64,000 nt of DNA, taken from assembly GCF_006345805.1 (NCBI RefSeq), contig NC_043002.1:51522001-51586000 (forward strand), read 5' to 3'. Positions 11,365 through 23,030 of this stretch are shown here, in pieces (within the stretch, counting starts at the first letter, position 1; each line of letters begins with the position of its first letter). The notes under the pieces are model-generated. The model searched no databases, was not told the origin of the DNA, and was given only the letters and a program-made list of their open reading frames with translations. The translations under genes and the position numbers were made by a program. Source of the stretch: Octopus sinensis (taxonomy: Eukaryota).

Positions 11365-12430
11365 TACGAGCGTCGGCTGAAAAGTTCATAGGCTGACCAA
11401 CGTACACTCATGGAGAGTATTCTTTAACATAGTCCCCCTTGCGGTTCACTCATTTCTGCCATCAGTGTTACAGTCCTTGAATCTCATTGGTGAAGAAGTT
11501 TTCAACTTGATGGTCAAAAAATTCATCAACAGCAGATATGACGTCATCATCATTGCGATACCGGTTCTCAACCGAGTGTCATTTCATGTTGAGGAACACA
11601 TGATAGTCAGATAGGGCGAAATCAGGAGAATAGGGAGGCTAATCAACCATTTCAAAGCCACAGTCACGCACAGTAACCCTTAAAACAAAGGACTTGTGTG
11701 TTGGACTACTGTCCTGATAAAACAATACCCACTTCGTCAATTTTTCTACGAGTTTGGTTTTGATGGCCTTTCGCAACTGCCTTAGCGAATTAGCATAGTA
11801 CTCTCCATTGATGGTGTGGCCCTTTTGAAGATACTTAATAGACACAATGCTTTTTATATCTCCCAGAACTGGTATCGTCACCTTCCCTGCAGATGAAACT
11901 ACCTTGGCCTTTTTGGAGCAGATGAGGTAGGTTGTTTCCACAGCATGGATTGTCTCTGGATCAAAGTGATGAGCCCAACACTCATAATGGGTCAGGAGAC
12001 ATTTAAGAAAACCAACTCGATCTGCCTAAAACAATGTTCGATTTTCCCATGACGTTATCAGCTTGGTGCACTTTTGATCAGGTGTCAGAAGACCTTGCAC
12101 CCACGAGCAGAAACTTTCCTTATGCCAAGTTCATTGTGCAGAATATTCTAACACTATCAGGGATATATCAACAGTATTGTCTAGATGATTTATAGTTAAT
12201 TTCCTGTCATCCATCACTATGTGATGAACACAGTCAATTAACCTCGTTGGTGGTAGTTGCAGGCCTTGAGTCATCTTCAAGACTCTCCCTTCCCCACCTA
12301 AATTCAGCCGCCCACTTTTGCACTGTTGATAAAACTGGAGTATCGTCCCCTGATGTAGCAATTATGTCAGCATGGTTGTCCTTGGGGGTTAAAGCCTTTC
12401 TCTGCATGTCGCATAAAAGACTCGCCTGAG
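11365..12430 (-). mobile_element. Decayed mariner (DD34D) transposon, near full-length transposase pseudogene
   Basis: KAKVVSSAGKV...YLQKGHTINGEYYA..LRQLRKAIK...VLFYQD..P.HKS; N-terminal STVQKWAAEF remnant near 12300; TA + TIR-like tacgagcgtcggctgaaaagttc at 11365; frameshifts and stops. Confidence 0.9.
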
Positions 12431-12839
12431 ATGCACGCTTCTTCGCCTGTCCCCTTCCAACTACGCTACAAGACAGAATCCAGTATCAGTCACCCTTTCT
12501 GAGTATATCTTTAGCATTTCTGTTTTCTAGTTATCTTCGACAATGAAAATGAAGCTTATATCCTATGCACATTTTATTACGGTTAATCATACCTTGTTAT
12601 AACAGCTAAACTGATTTATCGATAAGTAGAGAATGCGGACAAAATCATTTTAATTGTTATCATAATTAATCCGTTTTGTTTTTGTTTTTCCTTTTTTTTA
12701 TTTTGGTCAAATTTGCAGGTCCTTTACATAATCTTAAATAAGGAATTGAACTCTATTTTCTCGTAAAACCTGAATGACTAGTTAAAACACAGTTATGTCT
12801 AACAGTCTGTCATAATACTAGCAATTCTGAAGGGAAGGT

Positions 12840-13920
12840 GGTATTCAATACTATCGATTTCAGTATTTGACTGGTATTTCATTTAATCGACCCTGGAGGG
12901 TTGAAAAGCAAAATTGACCTCAGCAGGATTTGCACTCAAAAAGTTAAAAGTCTCAACAAATCCTGCAAAGCAGTCCTATCGATGGGCTGTCTTCAAATAA
13001 TTGTTTCTGAAGGCCAGTAGTTTTGCAAGGAAGGGATTAGGCGATATCATGACTAAAGTATTTTACTGATACTCTATTTTATCAACCCAGGAGGAATGAA
13101 AAGCAAAGTCGTTCCGTAAAGGATTTGAACTCAGTGCGTAAAGAGTCGGAAGGAATTTTCACATTGTTTTTTTTTTCTAACTTTCTAATAATTCTGTAGG
13201 CTCGCCACCTTTACTAATTCAAGCATAATTATTACATTTTAATACTCACGTGACCGACCAGATTATCAAATGTTGTTCCTCAATGCGCCTTGCATCGTTT
13301 TAACCTTCGAAGACGTACTCCGCTGATCGAAAGGAAAACTGGAGCAACGTTCAATGAAGTGTTTTGCTCAAGAACGCAAAGCGCTGCCCTGTCTGGGAAT
13401 CGAACCCACGATCTAGCGATCGCAAAAGCAACGCCCTGACCACCCCAACGCGCCTTCACTACATTTTAATGTCTCACAATATTTAGCAGCGAACTAGCAC
13501 GATCGTTAGCATGTCAGGCAATATGCTTAACAGAATTTCGTCCGTCTTTACGAACTGGTTTCAAATTCCGCCGAGGTCGACTTTGTCTGTCACACTTTCG
13601 GATTCTATAAATCAAGTACCAGCTGGGGCTCTGGAATTGATGTAATCGACTAGTCCTACCCAAAATCGCTGTTTTTTTTTGACAAAATTTGAAACCAACA
13701 TATCTCGCAATTTTTAGGCAGCGAGCTTGCAGAAGAGTAAGCACGCCGGACAAAATACTTATCAGCATTTTATTCGTCTTCACGTTCTGTGTTCAAACTC
13801 CGTCGAGGTCGACTGTGTCTTTCATTCATTTGAGGTCAATAACATAAGTGCCAGTTGATCACTGGAATCAGTGTAATCGACTAGTCCTTCTCCAAAATTG
13901 CTAGCCCTATACTAAAAATT
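12840..13920. mobile_element. Cluster of family-B SINEs (two minus, two plus) around a family-C copy
   Basis: Repeated gaggtcgactttg.ctttcat...gataaaataagtaccag...gtaatcgact core (resembles the MetaSINE central domain). Confidence 0.75.
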
Positions 13921-13930
13921 AAAAAATGAT

Positions 13931-16103
13931 ACTAGGCAGCAAAGTTCAACATTTTTTTATGTTGTTATAGACGCGTAAATTATCGATTCCTACCAAATTT
14001 CTAATGCTATTTTCAGATCTGATATCTAAATTTCTCTATCACGTCTAGATTTTGCTAACTGAAAATGTATACTTTTCATTTTTTTCCCCCGCACCTGCCT
14101 CTATTACTTTACTGTGTCATGTTTTATGTTAATCGTACTTGAATAACTAGTGAACAGAGATGAAGGTTTTTCACTGCCGTTGTGCAGTAATACAGCTTTA
14201 AGCCTAGCTTTACTAGAGTCAATGAACAGTCTCCATTCTTCTGGATCATAGTGAAAGCCAATTCTTTCTATCAGGCTACTGATATCGTGGCAGAAACAGA
14301 ACATTTTTTTCCTATGAAAGTAAAATGATGAAAATTGCAAATGGCGATGGTAGAAATGAGGAAACTTCGGTGTTTGGCTGGAGAAAATTCCATTTTTGAA
14401 GTCTGGAACCAAGCAACTCTTGTCTTTTCTTTCGGTAATTCCAAATCGCGCAATAAGTAATTTAACTCTGCTTTACTTAACAAATGTGGGGAACTAATTG
14501 TATCTGCAACATATACGCCATCATGCCCTATTTCTATATCATTAGCAGAATTTTCAGATGAACTGCTGTCTGTTGTTGCTGGTGGAGGACTTGTTTCATC
14601 GTCATTTCTTTATTAGGCATAAAGCCCTAAACACAGACACGGACATCACATGGACAGACAGTGGGGACAAAAACCATAAAATGAATGTAAATGAGATGAA
14701 ATTATATAAAAAATGAAAATGGTCGAATGAGCCTCACTCCCATGCAGTACCATTTGAACCGTTATATACATTATCTACAATTGTTCTTTGTTTTTTTTCT
14801 TTTTCACCATTATTTTTCCTAAAGATAATATAAAACAATTTTACTCTTTGCCTACAATTAAACATACTTATTTTATTTTTTAATACTTCATCAGTGGTTC
14901 AATGTCTCTTAGATCCACCACTAGTGGCAACTCTTTGAATTCCACCCTCACTCCTGGTGGGTCAACACTATCTCCACACATCTCCTTCAGCTTCCTGTAG
15001 TTATCCTTTTCAATCACTGATGCCTTCATATCCTCTGCATATATCTATGATGGCACCTTCACTCTTACTATTTGTTTACATCACATAATACCTAGTTCTT
15101 TATTCAACATAATACCATACTCCATTTCCTCCTCGTATTTTCTTTCCCTTATCTTGGACTCTTTGTTCTCTCTTTTCTTCTTCCACTCTAAATAGTCTCA
15201 CCTTCGTACAGTTGGAGACTTGTTTCATCGTATGGTACTAGTTTTATTGCGGATTCGTAGTTTAGGTACATGATTTTTTTATTTGTTTTTCTATGTAAAA
15301 CCAGGAATCTTTGTCAAACAAAAATAGCAAACATTGAAGTGATTTATTTATTTTTTTTTTTTCGGTTCATCTAAACCATGGAGGCTGAGAATGGCGTAGC
15401 TTTTCTTTTACCATTCATCCAAGCTATTAACATAGCATTGCACTGTGCACCTCAAGTATGTGGTGTCTAGTCCCTTTCTTGCTCTCCTAACTTAGTCAAA
15501 ATAATACTTGTAGGCAAGTTTAATCTTTGCTGTTATGTTTCTACGTTGTCGCTTAGGTGTATAATGTCCACAGATATAGCAGAAATTGTCTGTGATTTAT
15601 ACAAGCACGTCTATTTGATTGCATTTTAATCACCATACAATATCTTAAAGAAAAAAAGAACCCTAGAAAGTAATGATTACGATGTACAAAACAAATGCTA
15701 TAGAAATACACAAGTTACCACAGCCTGTTACTTGCTTACCACAGGAGAGAGCTTCAACAGCCGCTTTACTTGACTGTCACATAACGAGTGACCGTTGGGC
15801 CGTTACTATGCTCTTTACTCAATGTTGACAACTCAAAATTTTATAGATCAAAATCGTTAGAATTTATATATAGTTGGCAAACAAAAATTGCTTTAACCAT
15901 GAAACGTATGTGTCATATTACTAGCATTACGCCGATTAAAACCAATATCTGGACCTGGTAAGAAATTTTACCAAGGAATTTGCATTTTACACAAAATCTA
16001 GACGTGATAGAAAAAAAAATTAATTACAGATTTGAAATCGGCATATCAACGTTAGCTAGGAATAGCTACTTAGTTTTCTTACTGAAAGTATTGTTTGCCT
16101 AGA
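13931..16103 (-). mobile_element. Decayed Chapaev (CMC-group) DNA transposon with a nested insertion
   Basis: Minus-strand remnants DNFCYICGHYTPKRQRRNIT...CYFCLTKIPGF...ESAIKLVPY (15230-15600) and LSKAELNYLLRDLELPKEK...YDPEEWRLFIDSSKARLKAVLLHNG (14160-14590); perfect 20-bp subterminal inverted repeat at 14035-14054 / 15992-16011. Confidence 0.8.
14603..15216 (-). mobile_element. ~614-bp retroposed insertion with 15-bp target-site duplication
   Basis: gacttgtttcatcgt duplicated at 14588-14602 and 15217-15231; minus-strand 3' end ...gcctaataaagaaatg. Confidence 0.8.
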
Positions 16104-18753
16104 ATAAATATATCTTAGAATTTCGACTTCTAACATAGTCACAAAGCTATACATTTTGTGGGAAGGTATAGTAGGTAGCGATATTCTTCACTACTTCAGG
16201 ACGTGACGACTCTGCCTGACACGAGTCCCGAGCTCAGCTGGCTCCGGCTGACAGTACCCAGGGTTACAGAAAGTTGACAACCTTCAAAGAAATCTGGAGT
16301 GGAGCCCCGTAGGCGGTTTAGTGTTCAACTCAACACTCTTCCGGCAGCTCCTACAACCAAGCTGGTGCCAAACGTAATGCTCTGCACTCCTTTGGACTAC
16401 GTCAGCAAGGTCGAGAGAGGAATCCTGACGATTGGGCTACCCGGGATTTTCTTACATTTAGCCCAGGTCTGCGCAAAACTAAAGAGGAAACTGGAGAGGA
16501 TATGAAATGTAAAAACCAAACTGGATTAGTTTATGCGCAACTCCATTGTCTCCCGAGATAAAAGGATGCCAACATCAATAGTAGATTAAATCAAACAAAG
16601 TATTAGGTTGAAACTTTATTTTACATTACACCCCTTCCCTACACAAAAGGATGAAAAGTAAAGGTCATTTCGGTTGAACTCAACCCCAGAAGGTAAGAGC
16701 CGAAACTAAATTCAGCAAGGTATTTTGTTCGATAGTAACGATTCTGACTTTTCACCCTTTTTGCCTGTCCAAAGCATTTTCATAAGTCTGTCCTAAATGT
16801 CCACACTTGTCTTCAGACATTTTGTTACCCTTTGTTTCATATGCTCAGAGTAGTACAAAGCTTTCTTTTCGTAAGTCACAAGTTACTCTGGTGGTTGGAA
16901 AAAAAAAAGAGGGTGGGGAATGTGTATCATATATGGTGCATGGACGATTAGATAAATATGTTCTGTGTATCACAATTTGATACGCAGAACAGGTCATCCC
17001 AAATATTTGTGGCATGTCTTGCTGCTACATCATCTACTACGCTAATAAATCTCAGAATATTAAAATTTGGTTTAAATATCTTGTAAATTGAATTACAGAT
17101 ACGACCCAGGATAAGTTCCTATACGAACGACGAATATGACCCCAGTAGAATTTTAATTCTGAACATGAAAGGCTGCGAGTAAATACCGCAATGCTCTAAC
17201 GAGAGGTTCTCAATCATTAAAATAAGAATCTCTGAATCCCTTTGGTTACTATTTTATTCTGATGGACACCCATAGCCGTTTAATGTTTACAAACTAGTTT
17301 TATAGAAACTTCTTCCAAAATTCCTATTTTGTTTTCCACACATTAACAAGTGTAGGTTGAACTATGTAAAATGTTAGAGAAACCTAAATGTCTCTTGCAA
17401 TACATACTAATACATATACCTAAAGCGGATTTTTTTCCAGAGGCCTTTGAAACATTATTGCGAATCCCCAACATACTGTTTTGCTGCGTAGACTCCCAAA
17501 AATTTTATATGGACACTCAGGGGCCATATGGACTCTGGTTGAGAACCACTGATACTCTAACGTTCCAGCCATCCTACTGCTTTTAAGACAATAGGTCCTC
17601 CCACTGGATTCGAACCACGAACCTGTTGCATTCCCGGTGATCGCACAACTGACTACATCAGTAGTTCTCGATTACTTTTTTTGTCTATGGATCACTTTAA
17701 TTCGTATTTTACTCAACAGGTGTGATCCTCGTAGTCATTCGATGTCTGAAAACTCTTACATTTTTATAATTAAACATTATTAGGAATTGCAAAAAAAAAA
17801 AAAAAGTCAAAATATTGTAGAAATATAACCAATTTATTGCATATGAATTAGAACAAAATATTATATAGACCCCAGTTGGGGACCACTGAAATACATCAAT
17901 AAATCTTTTGCCTTCAAAATACAAATTTGTAAAACTGTAATACTAGTACGAGCCAGGGTAAATTGTTAAACTACCTCTTGTTGCCACTTATCCGTTGAAA
18001 ATCATTTCCTTTATTGTTACCAAGCTGCGGTTAAAAAAAAAATTATTGTAACCAATGTGTTATACAGCAGGCGATTTGGACGAGCAAAACGTCTGGATTA
18101 TTTCCCGTTGTTAAATAAATAGTTTTTAGCACATTGAGTTACTTTTTATACCTCTGTACTCCACCCACTCCAACGATAATGAATATATGCCCGTATATAA
18201 CTTTGTGTGTGTATGTGTCTAGAGAAAAGAACAACATAATACAGACACTATCTGCCCGCAAGCTAGTTGTCATGTGCATATTACACGCTTCTATTCCTGT
18301 TAATTACACTTTGCACGAATCCAGTGCTCCACTGTCAGCGAAACAATGTTAAGTGGGTGAGTTACTTGTAATTATTTCGAGGTTATCAATGTTATTTTAT
18401 TTCCGTTTGTTTTAATTCTATACCTGTCAATTATTCTCCTTGTATGTGTGATGTATAAATGTGTGTGTGTCTGCGTCTATTTGTTTTCATCTGCCTACTA
18501 TAATAAACGAGAGACAGTGGCAAAACCTATTTACTTGAATTACATAGTGTATGTAAACTTAAAAGCATTATTTCAGATCTAGTTAGTTCAACTAATTAAG
18601 CCAAATGATGCTGCTGCTTCTTTTTTGTTTTTGTTAATGACTAAGACCGCACCGACTTGTTACTTTTAATCAAACATTACGTCTCGCTGAAGCTAGTAAA
18701 ACTTAACGTACCTGAAAATGTAAACAGGAGCTATTTCCTCTTTCGCTTCAATT

Positions 18754-18824
18754 ATGACTACTTGGACAGCTTTACATAGTCCTGGGACCTCTAGGAAGTC
18801 TCATAACCGACGCATGCGACACAG
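18754..18824 (+). CDS. HPS4: Candidate first coding exon of the HPS4-like gene (MTTWTALHSPGTSRKSHNRRMRH-R)
   Basis: ATG at 18754, open to CAG|GTCTGT donor; phase 2 matches the next exon (AG+G=Arg); lies in a CpG-containing, repeat-poor stretch. No homology support. Confidence 0.45.
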
Positions 18825-19079
18825 GTCTGTATCGAGAGCATACATGTTTTAACTCAGATGATTTAAAATTCTTTGAACTTAGTTTTAAGTTTACTTTCTC
18901 TGAATGTGTGTTATATGGATCTTAGTTCTCCTCAATTGAAACTAACCTGTCGTTAAACAACAACAACTCATTTTGCTCCAACAAATTACTACGAATAGTT
19001 CTGGCAAGTTTCCTGTTATACTGGTTGTAAATACATTCTGCTATTCATTGAATCTGAATCACTAATTATGTGTTCAAAT

Positions 19080-19890
19080 CCTACCGCTGTCCACTTTATT
19101 TTCGTCTATCTTTACGTTCTGGGTTCGAATTCCTCCGCGGTTGACTTAACCTTTCATACTTTCGAAGTCGATAATATAAATACCAGTTGAGCGCTGACGT
19201 CGATGTAAACGACTAGCCTTTCTCCCCTAAAATTTCAGGCCTTGTGCCCATAGCTATACTAGTAATATTATGAACCTTAAGCATCGAATTATCTCCCATT
19301 ACATAAATGACCCGTACCTAGTTTGTTTTGGACATTATTATTATTCCTCCGAGGTCGACTCTGCTTTTCATTCTTTCGGGGTCGATAAAATAAGTACCAG
19401 TTGAACATTGGGGTCGATATAATCGTCTCGTTCTCTCCCCTTAAATTGCTGCTCTTGTGGCAAATTTTGAAACCTTTATTATTTGGCAGGGAAAGCACGC
19501 TAGACAAGATGCTTAGTGGTGTTTCGCTCGTTGCTACGTTGAGTTCAAATTCCGCCGAGGTCGACTTTGCCATTCGTCCTTTCGAGATCGATAAAATAAG
19601 TACCAGTTGAACATTGGTGTCGATGTGATCGACTCATCCCCACCTCATCCAAGCTGCCCTTGTGGCAAAAAAACTTGAAATGATAATTATCATTATTAAG
19701 GCAGTGAGCTGGCAGAATCTTTAACACGCTGGACAAAATGCTTAGCGGTATTTCGCACGTCGCTACGTTCCGAGTTCAAATTCCGCCGGGGTCGACTTTG
19801 CGGGGTTTCTTTCAGGGTCGATAACATAAAATCGACTCATCCCCTTCCACCAAAATTGCTAACCCTTTGGCCAAATTTGAAGCCATTATT
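19080..19890 (+). mobile_element. Head-to-tail array of ~4 family-B SINE units
   Basis: gagttcaaattccgccgaggtcgactttg...gataaaataagtaccagttg recurs at ~19120, 19350, 19545 and 19775. Confidence 0.85.
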
Positions 19891-20959
19891 ATTATTTATG
19901 TTGTTGATGCTAATGTGTTTTTGTCCCTTATACAGTTGTTGCTGTGATACTGTTGATATTATTTCATTTTTGTTGTTGTTGTTATTTAACCCCAAGCTAG
20001 GTCAGACCAGTCAGTCCTAGTCCAACAGACCCTTAGTTAAAAAGCTGTCCTGTTGAGGCAATCCTCTTAATTAGGAGTATGTAGCATTATATTCATTACC
20101 AATGTTTCCATTCATTTTACATGGATGCAGGGTGTTATGAAAAATTGATTTGGCTGCTATTTCCAGAAGATTGAACGACTACCTTGTAGAAGCTCCTATG
20201 TTGTCACCTGCTGTTTCTGTTGTTGATACTGTCTACACCTGAGTTCTTAATCTAGTGATTCAGCAGATTTACCTGAGCTGAAGGCCAAGGTAAATTGCTG
20301 TGCTAATTGTATTAAAAGTAGCTTAATCCCTTCACTACTCTCTCTTTCTGTCTGTCTCTCACATATGCACATACAAGTATTATTAAAACCAATAAGGGAC
20401 CTCCATGTAGTCATTCGGCTGGCTAGAAATAGTTGCAAAGTCTCCCTCAAAGTGCACCCTTGTTTGAATGAAGACACATTAGACAATGTCAACCTTGATG
20501 TGCTAGGTCATGCTGCATTGCACGAGTGTGAATTGCCCCCTAGATGCTTGATGGCTACTTAATTTTATCCTCTTCTGTAGAGTGAAAGGCAAAGTCTATC
20601 ACAGTGAGATTTGAATTCATAATTACAGCATTAATGTACATAGTCGCTTGTTTTGTTCCATATTCTATTATAATATAATTTTTCTTTCAAACTTATTAAA
20701 TTTCAATTTTTCTGGTTAAAAATAAAGAGTAAAAACAAAAGAAATTAGTAAATAAATATAATTAAGAGGTACACGCATTTATTCAGTAATACACAGATTA
20801 TACATAAAACCATCTTAACAGCATTAGACTTCATTAGGTTGTCCACTGATTGTTGAAAGGTTTCGAATTATAAGAGAGCTGATTAGAAAGGAAACAAGAA
20901 ATTGTTGTTCATCCTTCTCCAGACATAATCTTGTATAGAATATAACTATTGAATGATTA

Positions 20960-21180
20960 CCAGATGCAGTCATGATTCACCAGAAGGACCCCCTTGCTTC
21001 GCATTGAGCAGAGGCCATCGACAACATTTTTCTGTTGTTCTTGACTTTGTGCTGTTTTTTCTGCTTCTCTCTAGTTGGATTCCTGCCTTTCTCTTTTGGA
21101 CTTTGCTGCACCACATCATATGTTTTCCTAAGGGAAGACTTCTCCGAGGATTGGCCTGCAAAAGCCCTATGATGGTGCTA
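20960..21180 (-). mobile_element. RTE-clade LINE C-terminal fragment
   Basis: Minus frames give WCSKVQK...AEKTAQSQEQQKNVVDGLCSMRSKGVL, an RTE ORF-end-like sequence. Confidence 0.55.
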
Positions 21181-22504
21181 CATAAGAGCACTCATGCTGG
21201 TGCCATGTAAAAAGCACCCAGCACACTGAGTAAAGTTATTGGCATTAGGAAGGGCATCCAGCTGAAAAACAAACAAGCCAAATCAAACTGAAATCTGGTG
21301 CAGCTGTCCTGTTTGCCAGCTCTGGTCAAATCATCCAACCCATGCCAGCATGGAAAACAGACATTAAAGGATGATGGTAATGGTGATGATCCAGCTGAAG
21401 AAACCATACCAGCATAAAAAATGGAGCACAGTGCAGTCCTCTAGCTGTAGAACCATCCAACCATCCAAAGAATGTAAAATGATGACAATGATGATCCGGA
21501 GACTTGAAGTTACTCATTGTTATGGACATATATATATATATATGTTATCTCAAACATCACAGAGAGAACTTACTGGTCAAAACTAGATGCCACAATTATT
21601 TTCATGATGGTCATCACTGGATTGTATTTGATTATAGGTCTTTTTTCTCAGTCAGGTTTTCTGAGAATAAACAATAACAACCTAGAAGAGAGTATTTAGT
21701 CTCATGTGGAACATAGTGTGGATCCACAGATGGTGAAATGTCTTGTTAAATGATGAAACAATAGTTGTCAGACTTGATTGGGTTGTTCACTATTATTGTT
21801 AAGAGCTTTAGTATTATAGAGAGTTGAAGAGAAACAAGAAAACCTGTTGTTCATGCTTTTCCAGACATAATCTTGTATAGAGTGTATTATAGTACAATTG
21901 CCAATTGTAGTCTTCATTCACCAAAAGAACCTCTATATGGTCACCTAATCTGTTTGTTACAAATAACAGCCAAATTTCTCTAACCCTTTTGATATCAACC
22001 TGCTTCAAACTGCTCTTGTTTCTATGATAGAATTTTACTGTTTCAAAGCGATTTAAATTAAATCTTTCCTTCAAAATTCCTTGTTAATTTATGTTCCAAA
22101 CTCCAGCTTAATAATGACAAAATTGTTTTAATAAATTCTTCTTTTCAAAATTAATTGGAACAAAAGCTGCGTATTTCAATTGGAATCTTGTAATGAAAGG
22201 GTTAAATCATACCCTTAAATAAATGGATTTATACATGGGATAGCATAGTCCTACATACACTGAAAGAAGAAAGATGGTTGTTATAGGTAGAACACTATTG
22301 ATCATAGGTCAGCTAGATTAGGTCAGTCCTTGGGCTAAAGAAAAGAGCATATGTGAAGGCCTATTTAATATCTGTTGCATATTAATGTGCTTGAAACATA
22401 TTTGGTCTTGCAGCAAAATAGTATTTTTGGCAAACTGTGGTACAAGAAAAGATGCATTGGATTATGTGGTCCCTGAATTCCCTGCACATAGGATAAATAT
22501 GAAA

Positions 22505-23030
22505 TACCGTAAATCCTCAATTATAATTCGCATTTTTTTCCCAAAATTTAAAGGTCAAAATCCCTAGTGTGTACTATATATGAGGTTAAAAATGAAAAAT
22601 ATTTTCTAAGCAATCTCCGAGTCTCTATTTACTGTCCGGCAATGTTTATTCAAACGCATTTTGTGATGTCAGGCAGGAAAAGCCCTTAAGCTAAGCCTGA
22701 AAGCAATGAAATCATAAAAGAATCATCCATAACTTGCAGTAAGCAACATTAATTAAAATAAAAGTATTCAGAATACAGAATAACATATAACAAAAACAAT
22801 TTGCAAACATATTTACATTCTCATATAACAGTTTAGAACATCACCATTATTGTATAACGCATGCACGGAAGTGTTTGTTCAACTAGGTGCTGCTGGCTTA
22901 ATTACGCACGACTGAAGTTAGAGAAGGGATGCGTATTATACACAAGGTTTAGGTTTTTCAGAGGTACAACCCCCTAAAAATCCCCTGCATATTATACTAA
23001 AGGGCGGACTATATTCGAGGATTTATGGTA
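22505..23030. mobile_element. Second copy of the pogo-type MITE, opposite orientation to 8948-9470
   Basis: taccgtaaatcctcaattata ... tatattcgaggatttatggta; interior is the reverse complement of the 8948 copy. Confidence 0.85.

Noticed and set aside
15740-15815. Minus-strand donor (TG|GTAAG) suggesting a first exon of a host gene
   Set aside because: It lies inside the Chapaev element upstream of the transposase remnant, so it more likely belongs to the transposon transcript.
17712-17744. Possible minus-strand exon (MTTRITPV) of a divergent gene, phase-compatible with an open stretch at ~16950-17050
   Set aside because: Product would be ~40 aa with no recognisable homology; splice-like sites and phase match are expected by chance.
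19080-19890. Regularly recurring repeats resembling a CRISPR array
   Set aside because: Units are ~200-bp SINEs with tRNA-like heads; there are no unique spacers or cas genes, and the context is eukaryotic.
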